Assembly: GCA_034780895.1 (NCBI GenBank)
Contig: JAUZTB010000079.1
Location: forward strand, 13,467,732-13,531,731
DNA: 64,000 bases
Direction of reading: 5' to 3'
Origin: Rhynchobatus australiae
Lineage: Eukaryota
This document shows, one piece after another, positions 14,611 to 28,150 of the stretch. Numbering within the stretch: position 1 is the first letter of the stretch; each line of letters starts with the position of its first letter. Position numbers and translations under genes: made by a program. The notes below the pieces were generated by a model. That model worked only from the letters and a program-made list of their open reading frames with translations, was not told the DNA's origin and did not search any database.

Positions 14611-15499
14611 TATGTTCATGAAAAAGCACCATGAGGGGGATCTCAGCCAAAACCAGAACATAATTCTCAAAGGTGGCAAAGAGCCAAGAAGCACACACAA
14701 GAAAAAGTTAGTTATCCAAGACGACTCCCTGCTGTGTTTAACCTGAGAGTGTCTAAGATTATAGAGACTGTAGACTGCATGGTTAAATTCTGTCAGGTGC
14801 CAAGTCAGACAACCTACATTATAATAGGCAGGGGGTTACATCAGATGGCAGAGCCCCAAAACAGAAAGAAAGAGACTAGGACCATAACAATCTGAACACT
14901 AATAAAATGTCTCAGTTGAAATGCAAAGGGAGAATAGCAACTGGCATCCTTAATCCCCCTTATGAGAATAAGCTTGCTAATTCACCATCTATCTTGCCTG
15001 AAAACAGGTACCAGCCCACAATACAGTACTCCAACTCAACTGGCCTCTCAAGGGAGAAAACTGGTTAAGAAGTTATAAAGTCTCCCAAGAAACCATTCAC
15101 CCACCCATCTTTCAACAGACATTACATCATGCTCTCTTGCCATTAATATTTAAATTTACCACAATTTAGTTATGCTCTTCTCAGGAAGGCAATTTGTTTT
15201 TGGTATAACTCTTGACTGTTGGTGAAACTCTGCTGAACTTGGTAAGTTCTATGTTTTGTTGTCCTAACCTTCCTGTTAAGTTTGGGTTAATTTCTGAACA
15301 TAAACCACATCTAGCAAACTCTCGAGGGGATGAACTAGATTTCACTGATTATACTCAGATCAATTTATTGCTCACAATGAGCCACATGAAAAATCAAAAC
15401 CAAAAACAGAAGTCTAAACAAAAGAACATTTTTCTCACAGTACTATTTTGCTTTTAAAACACTACCGCTGATTGAATCAAAAAAGTTTTTTTTAAATTT

Positions 15500-15730
15500 G
15501 CAGCATGGTAACAGGACTTCCAGCTCAACAAGACCACATCACCCAATTACACCCACATTAACCTACTAACCCATACATCTTTGGAATGTGGGAGGAAACT
15601 GGAGTACCTGGAGGAAACCGACACAATCACAGGGAGAATGTACCAAACTCCTTACAGACAGTGGCGGGAATTGAACCCCGATCACTGGCGCTTTCATAGC
15701 ATTACGCTAACTGCTACACTACCATGCCTT
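15500..15730 (-). mobile_element. tRNA-derived V-SINE (HE1-like)
   Basis: Reverse complement of the V-domain (ggtttcctccaggtactccagtttcctcccacattccaaagatg) and B-box gggttcaattcc. Confidence 0.8.
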
Positions 15731-15934
15731 CCTTTGGTATTGAATGATCAATCAATATCAAAAGAGCTTTGTAAACTCTCCAGCCATTGTGTAGAACTGT
15801 CAAAGTACAGAGACACAGTAAACCATTTGAAGTATAAGCGCATAGTTACTTGGAAGTGTTCTATGCAGGTTCAAGCCTCACCAAGCCTCAAGCCTTCAGC
15901 CAATTCAACTCACTGAACAAACCCAAGAAAGCAC

Positions 15935-16225
15935 TTAGTGCACACGCCACAGTAAAGCCTACAGTAAAGGGTACCAACAATCTGGGTTCAATTCCGGCTG
16001 CTGTCTGTAAAGAGCTTATATGTTCTCCCCGTGTCTGTGTGGGTTTCCTCCAGGTGCTCTGGTTTCCTCCCACATTTCAAAGATGTACAGGTTAAGAGCT
16101 GTGGGCATGCTACGTTGGTGCCAGAAGAGTGGGACACTTGCGGGCTGCCCCCAGCACATTCTTTTAATGTAAAAAGACATATTTCAGTGTGTTTCGATGT
16201 ACAGGTGACTAATAAATAAATATCT
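15935..16225 (+). mobile_element. tRNA-derived V-SINE (HE1-like)
   Basis: B-box ggttcaattcc at 15985-15995; V-domain ttctccccgtgtctgtgtgggtttcctccaggtgctctggtttcctcccaca; aataaataaa tail. Confidence 0.85.
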
Positions 16226-17396
16226 TATCTAATGTAATTGAAGACTTGTGCTCCAGAATAAGCCATGATCTAAGATAAACTGCTCCAGTACAACTACAAT
16301 ACCAGCATCTACCTGGTAATCTGGAAAACCTTAGGTATACCCTGTCCACAAAAAAGTTGACCATTGGGTTAATTGTGACTCAACCAATCATAAGCAACTT
16401 GATAACTGTTATTAAGTGGCATTTACTGAACTACTTACTAATGGCCAGTTGGAGCTCAGTCTTGGTCCAAATGTGGACAAGAGCCAAATCCCAGAAGGGG
16501 GTGATTGCCTTGTCATAAGGCAACAATTGGCCGAGTGCCAAATTTAAACTAGTCAATGAAAATCAGGGACAGAATACTTCAATAGTTCGTCATATGTAAT
16601 GCATGGAAGATGTTGCAGAAGCGCAAGCTAATCCCAGCCTCAGGACACGTCTATGGGAGTTTCTCAGGCCTGCAATCTAGTTCAAAGTAAATGACAATGA
16701 AGCTGTCACAAGTTTGGTGTGACCACTGAAAATTGGAGCACATTAATTCTTCAGTCATTGAAGCATTCAGTGCAAAAATGCTGAAACCCTGGCCAATATC
16801 CAGCTGTAAATATTTAAAGTAGCAAGCAATGACCATTTCCAGCAAGATTCAAATAGTCCCTTTTGAAATTCAATAGCATTTAGAACTTAAATTTATACAG
16901 TACCTTTAATATAACAAAATATTAATGTTCTTCACAAGCATCTAATCAAGTGTTATTTGTGGCAGTCCTTGCAAGTTTCAAAGATGGCCATAGAGCAGAA
17001 AATGAAGCAGAATTATAAATAAGGAACTTCAAAACACATACTGTTGGCAGCTGAAACAAAGGGCCCCAATAGTACTGATTTAAGGATGCTCAAGAAATCA
17101 GAAATGGAGGGACAGAGGCAATGAGATATTACAGAGACAGGGAGAGTTTAATTCATTAGGATGCAAAAAACAAAAATGTGGATTTTCAAAAGAAAAGTTT
17201 TGCTTAACTGATGGTCAATGGAGGTAATAGGGTGAAAGATAGAAAAATTCCCAAAGACCTCAAGTTCATGTGGCTCAAACATAAGTGGCTGGGAAGCACC
17301 GCACTGAAACAGTAAAGATAGACCATATCCTACACAAACTGGAGTGGTGATTTAAATGGAGTCAGTTATTAGATGAGATCAAGAGATTCATGGCTT

Positions 17397-17636
17397 GATA
17401 TTTACAAATTAGAAACTTGTNNNNNNNNNNNNNNNNNNNNNNNNNNNNNNNNNNNNNNNNNNNNNNNNNNNNNNNNNNNNNNNNNNNNNNNNNNNNNNNN
17501 NNNNNNNNNNNNNNNNNNNNTATGGTTATCTAAGATTTGAGTGATAACCAGATCTCTTTGTAAGATATGTACAAACTTTGATGCCATATACCATTTGCAT
17601 TGATTTGAAACCAATAAAAAAAGATTGAAAAAGAAA
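17397..17636 (+). mobile_element. 5'-truncated L1-type LINE insertion (mostly inside gap) with 13-bp target-site duplication
   Basis: TSD agattcatggctt at 17384-17396 and 17637-17649. 5' end translates YLQIRNL (L1 ORF2-like). 3' end has aataaa plus an A-rich tail. Confidence 0.72.
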
Positions 17637-19151
17637 AGATTCATGGCTTCTAACAAAAGGCAATCTTACCTTAGCAGCTACAAGCAAGATCGAGGATGCA
17701 AAATAATATTCATCTGACCTCCCCAGATATAGCAATACATTTAAATTGGCAAACCATTTACCTTCTTAAACATTCCTTCCCACCTCCACTAGCACACTAA
17801 GGACCATATAAAAGGTGCATTACAGATAGTTACAGGTTTCTTCAACGTCACCTCACAAATCCACAACTTTGACAACCCAAAAGGACTGAAATCCCACAAG
17901 TCTATGTATCATTGCCAACATCAGCTATCACAATTCGCAAAGCACAGAAAAGTCAAATTAGAGAAATCACCTTGACTTTGCATCTCCCAGGACTGCACAG
18001 TTTCACCACTATTATGGTATACCTCCGAGAACCTAACACTTTCACCATGGGAGATCATTCAACAGATTCTGACGTTGATCCCATTTCCACCCAGTGACAT
18101 TAAGGACAGCTTAAAGCAGCTGAGTGAAGATAAAATGGTTTCAATCTCAAAACACACACATTTTTAAAATTGCAAGTAAAAGAAGAAACACTTTACTTCA
18201 TATTTACCAAATTTAATTTGACTCATCTATTATTTCATTCATATCTGGGAGTTTGGACAGAGACAAAATGCATTATGCATCAAGAGGTGGATCAGTTTGC
18301 AGGAAGCCCCTGTGCCTAGTTGCCTACCAAATCAATATATTAAAAATTCCTGAAACTGATAGTGAAATTAGAGCTTGCATCTCATGTGGATCAGTAATAC
18401 ATAGGTTCATAATTCCAGCTAACAACCCCCTAAAATATGTGTAGTTGCAAGTTAGGTATTAAATAGTAGCTATTACTGCATCCTGCTATGAACAACTTAG
18501 GGATGCAAAGTGAAACACTTCAATAAAACCAGCAAACTGGAAATAAACAACTCAGTCAGCATCTGTGCAGAGAGAGTTGACATTTCAGGACTTTTCATCA
18601 GAACTATATTTTCTATGTTTCTATTCTAACTCTCGACAAATATTTAAAATGCTTCTAACTATTTTTTTTAAAAGTAGCCACTACTCTGGATACTATTTAA
18701 AACAATTTTATCTGAAAATTGAAAAATAACCAAATATAGACCCGGATTTAGAATTGGCAAATGTACTTGGTTCTGATGCAATAGGAGTTATTTCATCCAA
18801 AATAGTTGACCTGCAAAATGAAATAGAGTATTACTTAATGTGGTATTTAATGATAACCATGAATCTGTTGATCTCTCTTGGATACTGCCAATTTTACTCT
18901 TCAGAAGATATCATCAATCCAACTCTGCCACGAATCAGCCCTCAATCAGAATTTCTCTGTTCATCCATTCCACCTTCACCACTGGTTGGAAAAAAAGTTA
19001 TGCTGGTCCCCAACTCCAAGTATTCACTAGGGCATCAAACCAAAAAAATGTATTTCCAAGCCACCCAAACCTAAACATCTAGGATTAAATTAACATCAAA
19101 AATCTTTCAATGTTGTACTACAACTCTAAAGCCTCACTCCCACATACTCAC

Positions 19152-19462
19152 AGGAATTGTGTCTTCGACGAAATGCTTTAGATGGAGTAAGGGCAGAATC
19201 CATGTGCCGATCCACATAGCTTTTAGAATACTGCTGTGGTGATGTGACCAGATCCTGAACCTTGAGTTCTGCACGACGTGGAATTGCTTGTGGAGCAGAT
19301 CCCGAAGAATTGGGTTTCTTTGCTCCTTTGCCAGCTCCATTCTGAGATGAGTAAGCATTGTGAGATAAATTGGTGGATGTGAACACTGAAGGCTGAGCTA
19401 GGCCTGTAGCCAACTGTGAATTCGGGAGCTCTAATATTTTTAGATCTTTGATATCAATTGCA
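19152..19462 (-). CDS. edc3: Enhancer of mRNA-decapping protein 3, internal coding exon (311 nt; end of Lsm domain plus linker)
   Basis: AIDIKDLKILELP...QNGAGKGAKKPNSSGSAPQAIPRR...SKSYVDRHMDS...FRRRHNS matches recalled vertebrate EDC3 (ITELKILEIP..QNGTGK..SSSSAPQNIPKR..SKSYVDRHMES..FRRRHNSW). cag|T acceptor and T|gtgagt donor. Syntenic with CYP1A. Confidence 0.93.
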
Positions 19463-19559
19463 CTGGAAAATAAGAGAAAAAGATTGGCACAGAACAGTAA
19501 CTTCACCTATGGCTAATAACTACTGACAGCTAACTTGACTGTATTTGCAAGGAGATTTA

Positions 19560-20090
19560 GTCACAACATTGAATACAAGAGCAGGGAGGTTATGGTCCAA
19601 CTTTATAAAACGTTAGTATTATTGCATGCAATTCTGGTCACCACTCCATAGGAAGAATGTCATGGCACTGGAGAGGCTGCACAGGGATTCACTAGGATAC
19701 TGCATGGAACGGAGTCTTTTAGTTACGAGGAGAGACTGGAGAGGCTAGGTCCGTTTTCCCTGGAGCAGAGGAGGTTAAAAGACACAATTGAGGTAATAAA
19801 ATTGAGGGGCATAGATAGGGTAGACAGCAGGAAACCTTTCCCCTTATCAGAAAGGAAATAAAACCAGAGGACATAGATTTAGGGTAAGAGGTAAGGAGAC
19901 CTTTTTCACCCAGAGAGTACTAAGCATCTGGAATGCACTGCCAGAAAGCATGTTGGAAGCAGAGTTGCTGACAGCATTTAATATGTCTAGATGAGCACAG
20001 AAGGCTATGAGCCAGCTGCTGGAAGATGGGATTAATAGAGATGATGGTTGTGATGGGCTGAATGGCTTGTTTCCATGCTGTATGACACTA
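19560..20090 (+). mobile_element. CR1 LINE 3' fragment
   Basis: IEYKSREVMVQLYK, SYEERLERLG..SLEQRRL and a 3' tail. Confidence 0.85.
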
Positions 20091-20395
20091 TGTAGTACTG
20101 AGAAGAAATATGTTTAGAGCAAAATTGCAGCATGAAATGCCAGAGATAGAAAGTAAAGTGGACTTCCCATTAACATTAAAAGAACATGTTAAGAAAATAG
20201 TTGAAGGGAAAGGAAAAATGTATGGTAGTGAAATAGGGCAAAAGCATGAAACTCAGACAAAATATAACATGATGATTGAAAACCAGCATGGGACTNNNNN
20301 NNNNNNNNNNNNNNNNNNNNNNNNNNNNNNNNNNNNNNNNNNNNNNNNNNNNNNNNNNNNNNNNNNNNNNNNNNNNNNNNNNNNNNNNNNNNNNN

Positions 20396-20472
20396 GAGCA
20401 GATCCCGAAGAATTGGGTTTCTTTGCTCCTTTGCCAGCTCCATTCTGAGATGAGTAAGCATTGTGAGATAAA
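20396..20472 (-). repeat. Exact 77-nt duplicate of part of the EDC3 exon (19293-19369), abutting a gap
   Basis: Base-by-base identity at offset 1103; diverges at 20473. Confidence 0.92.
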
Positions 20473-23114
20473 ACTGATGTTTTATGGAGGTCGTGCATCA
20501 TCTCCATGCTCTTATATTCATTGTTTTGGTCAAAGAAAAATGTATTCCATATGTAATCCAAAAGCAAAAAGCAAAAAAAAAGCAGATATTGTAAATCTGA
20601 AATAAAAATAGAAAATGCAGGAAATATTCAAGAGGTTAAGATCATCTGTGGAGTTAGATTCAAGAGGTTTAAGCTCCTAATTTAAATATTTAAGAAGCTT
20701 AGATGTTTGGTTATGCATCTGAACAAGATGTTGAAAGATGATTTACTAACTCAGCAATGGGACTGATACTTGCACAATTGAGGTGTAGGTGTCTTACTGC
20801 TAAATTGGTATGCTTTGCGCAATAAAAAATAGATGCAGGCCATAGTAATTTCTCCACCACAACATGAGAGGGGAAGTGTTTGGATTTCTGGTGTACTTGG
20901 CTAAGTCCTAAGTTGGAATCATAACACTGTGATAGTCTGCAATTGCAGGGAAGTTAACTGGAGCTATGAGTACTATATAAACAAATGTAGCAGGAATAAA
21001 GGGGAGAGCAGAAGTATGGAGTGTGTAGTAGGAATGGAATATAAATTTGAGGTGTATCGCTAATTAAACAAAAGCTAAGTGGATTGAAAAATGTTAAGCT
21101 GCCTAACCCTTGGAAAGTTACATTACAAAGAAATTTGCTTGGAGTTAAATCTGTTTACTCTTAATTCATTCATTTCATAACTCTTCCTGCACAAGTTATG
21201 TTTTTCTTTCCTTCTGTGTGGTGTAAGCAACATATTAGGCAGTTGTGAAAGAGAATTTTTTTACAATAACAGAAAGATCGTGTGATAGTAAGATGAAATT
21301 GATGAAATCATATACTACTTAAAAACCACAATTTCATCCTGTCCCAAAGATGTGATCTTATCTGCTTGATTGCACCTAATAAGATACCACAAGTTGAACT
21401 CTGTAACTATTAGTCATCTTCAGATAAACAGTANNNNNNNNNNCCACACTGTTTTATGCGAGATTTTTAAAATATTCTCTGTTCTGGATGATTATCATAA
21501 CACCATCAAATTAAAATTGAAGGATTTTAAATGTAGCTAAGTCGAGAAAAAGCTTTTTTATGCAATTACACTGTCATTTTCATCTTGCTGTGGAGCTGCT
21601 CATACAAAAACTTGATTTTCTATAGCACCTTTCAGAACTTCAGGACATCATAAAACACTTCATAGTTGACAAATACTTTACGAAGTTAAGTCACTGTGGT
21701 AATATAAGAAGCACAACAACCAACTTGTACATGCACATAGCAGTGAAATAATTGACAGCGATTAGTATAGGTATCACCCATGTCAGCATGCTATCTCCCC
21801 TAATTTTCTTCAAAATAGTGCCAACATCTTTTACCTCCCTGAGAAGGCAAACAGTCTGAGTTTATTGTCTCAGCCAAAAGATGGCACACAAATAGTGCAC
21901 TTGAGTCTGTACTTAAGTCTTTAGTTAAATTTGAACAGATTACCTTCCAACACAGAGACAAGCATGCTACCTGCTGAGACACATAACATTCAGTGTGGAA
22001 ACGCAGTTTGAGTGTCAACTTTTGAACCAACTCCCAGCACACTAAGGCCAAATTATGTGGGATCCTTTGAAGAGCCTCTTTCACACTGCCTCACATCAGC
22101 TGAGAACACGTATGACTTTTCATGGAATCCAGTTTATGTTATTAAAGAATGTACACTCATTACATTAGAAATCACCGAACAGAGGAGCAGTGGTGGGTTA
22201 GTCAGGTAATGAGTTGCTTGCAACATAACCTCATTTGAACATCTCTTCCGCTGTGCATCCACTTTCAACACATAGAGTCATAAAATAGTTACAATAGAAG
22301 GATGCCATTTATTTCATCGAATCAGTGCCAGATTCTGTCAGGGTATCTTATAAGACTTGGTGTTGAGATGACAGAGCAGCTGCCTGGTTCCATCTCCCTA
22401 TGCTGCAAGGGAATATCTGCCTCTATTAATGAATCAATGACTTATAATCATGATGTTAAAGAGGCACCATAATTCAGGAAAGTGGGCGGTGGAATCAGAG
22501 GAAGCAAAAAATGAAATGTATAGCGATTCAGACATTTTTTTTGTCTCTGTTTTTCAAGAATTTCTTTCAAAGCAAGTAATAAAGGAATGTTCCGGTGTGC
22601 TTTCTAGGATTTTAGAAGTTGACCATCCTAAGGAGCTTTGTAAACCGAGGGATTAGTATAATACTGGTATATTTGCTACAAAAATAAGGACTGAAAGATC
22701 ACGTTTCGAGTGTAAAATATTCAAATTCTGTATATGCAATCTGATCCATACACCTTAAGTAAACTATTTAATTCCTATTATGCAGGATAATCTTTCTCAG
22801 TTTGAAATAATTGAGTATGCTTTGTTCCCCCAAAGTTGCATAGAGGACATCTGATTAATGAACGTATTTCCTTCAGTGTACATTGAACATTTTGTTTATG
22901 ATCAAAGAAGCAAATTTAAGGACATGCTTTTAGCATGTATGAGACAATAACAAGGTCTCATTGCCCAACTTGGATGCTCAGAGAAAGTGGTGGGTTTTCT
23001 TCAACAGGCAATAGATCAGAGTTGAAAGTTAATTGGTTTCAGACGATACTGTGTACCACTAAGAAAATGTCGGGCTTAGTCACTATAATTTGGTTAAATC
23101 AGTAATGTTAGTGA

Positions 23115-23710
23115 AACATAAGAACAGAAGAAAAAAGTAGCAAGAGTCAGCCACTCAGCCCCTTAAACCTGTCACACCATTCAATTTGATCATGGCCAAT
23201 TCTCTCCTCTCCATCCCCACCAGGCCTTAATCTCCTTTTCTGTGTCAGTTCCCCATAGTTCTCAATTCCCTGATCATTCCAAAATTTATCTACTTCCTCT
23301 TTAAATATCCCAATAATCTAGACTTCAGAAACATTTGAGGTAGAGAATTCTAGAGATTTACCACCGTGAAAAGTTCCTATGCACCTCAGTTTTAAATGAC
23401 TGCCCCTAATCTTGTAACTATATCCCTTCATTTGAGATTCTCCCACTAGTGGGAACATCTTCACATCTACTCTGTCCTTAATGATTTTATATGCTTCAAT
23501 AAGATTACCTCTCATTCTCCTTACCTCCAAAGAATGTGGATCAAATTTCTTTTGCTGCTTGTGATAGGATAACCTGCTCATACGAGGAATTAGTCTTGTG
23601 AATCACCTTTGGATTGTCTTCAATGTCAGTATATCTTTCCTTAAATAAGGGATCAAAATTGTGCACAGTACTCCAGGTACAGCATCACCAGTACCCTGTA
23701 AAATTGTAAC
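23115..23710 (-). mobile_element. CR1 LINE 3' fragment
   Basis: SLEVRRMRGNLIEAYKIIK..MFPLVGES. Confidence 0.82.
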
Positions 23711-24739
23711 AATAATGACCATATCAAGAAATGACCATATCAAGAAGAAACATTACTTCATCCTTTAAATCTCGTTGTACGTTACTTCATCCTTTAAATC
23801 TCCCCGCAGTATCCCAGATGAATGAATATAAATTGGATTTTTACAAGCTTACACTTTCCAATTTATGTCCAGGAACCTCAAAATTAAAGATTGACTGAAT
23901 TGGATTTCATAACTTGTTCCGGTTGCCTTCTTGTTCAGATTCAAACTCATGACTGCAGGGCTAAGAGATCTGTAAAACTACTGTACTACCAATGGCATTT
24001 AGGCTACAATCCTGAACAGAGTTGATGGCTACTCAGAAGTAGTTTCATGTAATACCTTATTCTTGGTGGCTCTCTTTCAAACCCTCTCCTTGGAACCATG
24101 GTCTCAAAAATGTCCCTAAGCTGGAGCACAGTGAAATAAAGCTCAGGCATCCATGAAGTGGATTTGCTGATAACCGCAGGAGAACCTCAGATGATTTTGG
24201 AACTCTACTGTGGGAAAAAAAAGGAAATTTATATGTTTGCAGCACCATTCATGCTTCAGGACAAAACAAAAGACTTTTCTACCAGTGAGGTGTAGTCACT
24301 GTTCTAAATGAGAATCACAGCAAGCTCCCATAAAAAGGAATGCAATTATGACCCAATACAGGCTGTCCTAGTAACAAACAGCTTCCATTTTTACAGATGT
24401 CCAGAAGTCAATTTTGTCCATTACACTGGAAAATAAACAAAAATTACTCAATATGGTAACCATACCTCCACAGTATTGTAATGAATGGCATCAAAAGCAC
24501 ATACAACTGATAAGAAAGTACAATTGCTAAAAGTATAGAGGGAGAGAGAGGAAACTAGTTTTGCTGTTTGTTTGTATGAATGAATGTATATACATATGTT
24601 GGACTTTCGAATTTGACAATGTTATGGGAGCACATTTGTAGGTAGAGGTGTCCATAAATTGGGTGTTCATAACCTGGGGACAGCCTGTAGTCAGGTTTAG
24701 TGATGCTGCATAACTACTTGCCAGAACAGAACAAAATAC

Positions 24740-24965
24740 CAAGAAGAACTCCCCTGAATTTTGTCAAATTAATGCCACCAGATATTTTAAGTCTACCTGA
24801 AAGGACAAGAAGGATCACCAGTTCACATCTTAGTCTGGAAGGTGCCACTACTGACATTGCAGCATTTCCCTAAGTTGACATCCAAGGCATGGTGCTAAAT
24901 TTCTGGAGTGGGACTTAAACCCACAATTTTCTGACTCAGTAACTAGAGCCCACTGAGCCACATAA
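24740..24965 (-). mobile_element. Deu-domain SINE remnant (SacSINE1/AmnSINE1-like)
   Basis: Resembles the recalled Deu consensus, with a tRNA-like B-box (ggacttaaaccc). Similar remnants at ~7430-7780, 11830-12080 (+), 21600-21930 and 44420-44500 (+). Confidence 0.55.
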
Positions 24966-26009
24966 GATTTTTTGTGATAGATTACTTAAACCAATCTTTA
25001 AATTCCACTGAATTGAATCTGCAACAGTAGAATGTTCACACTGATTAAAACAAATTCACTAACTAGTCTCAGTAATATTTCCTCCACAAGAAGTGAGCAA
25101 CATCTGAAGGCAATATCCCAAACATTAGTTAAGAAACTGCTGGATGCTGTGACTGGGGGAAGCAGAGGTCCAAACATTAGCATAAATAATGGTGCATTTG
25201 GATCACAGTGAGCTGAATGGATTTCCTCACCCATATATCAATTACAAACTGCCCAATTTGCCCACGTTGTACTGAGATTAAGGTAACTTCATATCCAAAC
25301 TATATTTTGTTCTGTTGTTGAGTTTCTATGTTGTTTGGAAAACTTCGTACAGATCAGGAATCAAAGTTATGATCTTCCTGCTTCATGAACTTGTTTTTAC
25401 ATCACATAGTTTATGTACCTATCAAACGATGAAGCAGTCTTTTGTCTTTATTTGAATGTTAGTAATGAATTCCATCTTCCCTGAGGTTATTTTGGCAAGG
25501 AAGGCTGCTCAGTTGTGGTGTGAGGGCCACATGCACCCTTCACTTTCAGTGAAGGCATCTCAGTTCTGTTTGGTTTTACACTTCATGTTCACTTATTTTT
25601 CCTGTTTGAATCTCATTGGTCTGAGGATTTACACAGGCTGTCTTTGTTATGTCATTGGTACTTAAACCTCCATTGCATCACCCCTTTCCATGTCAGCACT
25701 CTGAAATATCTTCACACCTCTAATTTTCTCTCTTGATCATCCCCAAATTTAATCACATTACTGTTGACACCCGGCCTTCAGCTGCCAAGGCCCTAAGCTC
25801 AGGAAATCTCTCCATAAATGTCAATGCTTCTCTGCTACGCTTTCCTCTTTTCAGATCTGTTTTGGTCATCTGCCCTAACATATTCTTACATGGCCTGGTG
25901 TCAATTTTTGTTGGAGAAAGCTCAAATGAATGCCCTTGGTGTATGTTTCTATATTAATGGTGAGTGTAAATGAGAAGTTTTTGCTTTCTTGTTGACCTTA
26001 ATATCCTAT

Positions 26010-26438
26010 TCACATATAGAAATATATGGATATTACTGGCTATGTTGATTTGAATTTCAGACACGGCCATTAAGCTCCTGCATGTACCCAAGCTTGCCAA
26101 ATCAATAAGCTCCAAAAATCCCATGTTAACTCTTGGTATGTTTTCATACAAGTCTTATGATATTTAAAGAGTAGTTTTCTCTTTGTTGTTTGATAGAAAG
26201 TTAAGCAAAATCTTCCTAAAACATAGCAACAAGCCTCCAAATATTAATTACTGGTAAAAGATTTCACTTCAAGTCTCATTGTTTTTAATTAATGCCATAA
26301 AATACAGTGAATTTTTCATTGAAAGATACCAATAATCACATTTAGAAATATATGGAAATTACTGGCTATATTGATTTGAACTTTAGACAAGCTATTGAGG
26401 CTCCTGCATGTACCCAAGCTTGCTGAATCAATAAGCTC
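26010..26438 (+). repeat. Imperfect ~103-bp direct repeat (26010-26112 and 26336-26438)
   Basis: tagaaatatatgga.attactggctat.ttgatttgaa...gctcctgcatgtacccaagcttgc..aatcaataagctc occurs twice, 326 bp apart. Confidence 0.88.
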
Positions 26439-27669
26439 AGAAAGATTATTTGAAGAAATAGTTGGATGGTCCAATTAAAATTGAACAAAATTAGTAAATT
26501 CGTTAAACGTCAACAATTATATCAAGATGACAATGTTAAGCTTTATGGTCAATAGGATGGATTGTAGCTGTTGGAAAATGAGGGCTGCCATAAATTATGG
26601 GCCCTCTTTTGGTCACAAAGAGAAACTGCCAGTTTGACGGAAAGTCAACCTGAACATACATGGAAAATGTTCAATGATTTGAACAGGGAAAATCCCTTTA
26701 ACATTTGGAAAATCTATTTTGGTGGAGACTTTAATTGTTGTCTGATTGAAGGCGACATCATGGATTGAGAAGACCTACAGATGAATCAAATTGTTAGCAT
26801 AAGATATTTGAGCTCTTCATTGCACATTCATTCAAATACTTCTCATAAGCATACAATTTCAACTGTTCTATTTGTTCTCCATTACTTTTTGCTACATGGG
26901 CATTCTTAAGAAGAATGGATACATCCATAAGAATGAATAATTAGAAGTATTGATACATCCTTGACTAAAGGAGGACTGTCTTATCCATACACTTGCGCTT
27001 TTCAAATGGCTTCCAAAGTTAGCAACCAGCAGCCTGAAGCTAAGTTTTTCAACTGCAATTGTTGCTTTTTTCCCATATTCCAGCCCCAAAACTTTAATGA
27101 TCTAACCCACTACTAAAAATACTATACCTGGGACCTTCTCAGTTTAAATGGCTAACTCCCGCCAAGTGTGGTCACTAAATAGCAAACAATATGATCTTAA
27201 TAATTAACTTTGGTGCAGAGATTCATCTAACAGAAGGGTTTACATTGACTTCCCCTCAGGTATTGGGTTAATTTGACAGAATCAAATCAAACTGAGCAAA
27301 AAATTGTGGAATTTTTAGGAATTGCTTATATAATTGCCTTATGCTGAAACATCTCTGATATTTTAAGCTCATTCAACAGTCGGTTCACCTGAAACAACAT
27401 TGATACTGGCTGAGTCTTCATGTCAGACTGGAGAGTTGCTGCTCATTGTACTTGCCAAAGGAGTAGAGTTTAGTCCATTGTTTTTAGATAATGCTATGCT
27501 GTATGTTATAAAATACAATTCATTTTTCCCAGATTCTCAGGCACACAAGCATCTATGCCCACTTGAATCCAGCAGCATTCAAGTGGGCATACCTGCTTCA
27601 GTTATTGAAGGAACTGATGGGACCACATCTGGAGTACTAATAAGTCTCCTTATTTAATAAATAGTGTAA

Positions 27670-28150
27670 ATATTTTGGAAGCAGTTTAGAGGAGATTTAC
27701 TTGATTGATACACAGAATAGGCTGGTTGTCTTATGAGGTAAGGTTGGACAGACTAGGCTGATATCTGGTAGAGTTTAAAAGAGTGAGAAGGGATTTGACT
27801 GAAACATAAAATCCTGAGGGACATTGACAGGGTGGAGATGGAGAGGGTGTTTCCTCTTGTGGGAGAACATAGGACAAGGGGTCACTGTTTTAAAAAAAGG
27901 GGGCCCATTTAAGACAGAGATGAGGCCATTTTTTTCTGTCAGATGGTCATGAATCTATGGAACTCTCTTCTTCAAAGGATGGTGGATGCAGAGTCTATGG
28001 ATATTTTTAAGGGGTACATAGATTTTTGATAAGCAAGGGGGCAGGGTGTGTGAAAGGATATTGGGAGTACACGAAAATAGAGAGTCAGAAACTAACCAAA
28101 TGGCAGAGGAGGCTCAAGTGGCCTACTCCTGTTCCTAATTAGTATGTTTG
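27670..28150 (+). mobile_element. CR1 LINE 3' fragment
   Basis: SYEVRLDRLG..RVRRDLTET..RVFPLVGE and tail ggcctactcctgttcctaatt. Confidence 0.8.

Noticed and set aside
15985-15995. tRNA gene (B-box)
   Set aside because: The B-box belongs to a tRNA-derived SINE head; no cloverleaf.
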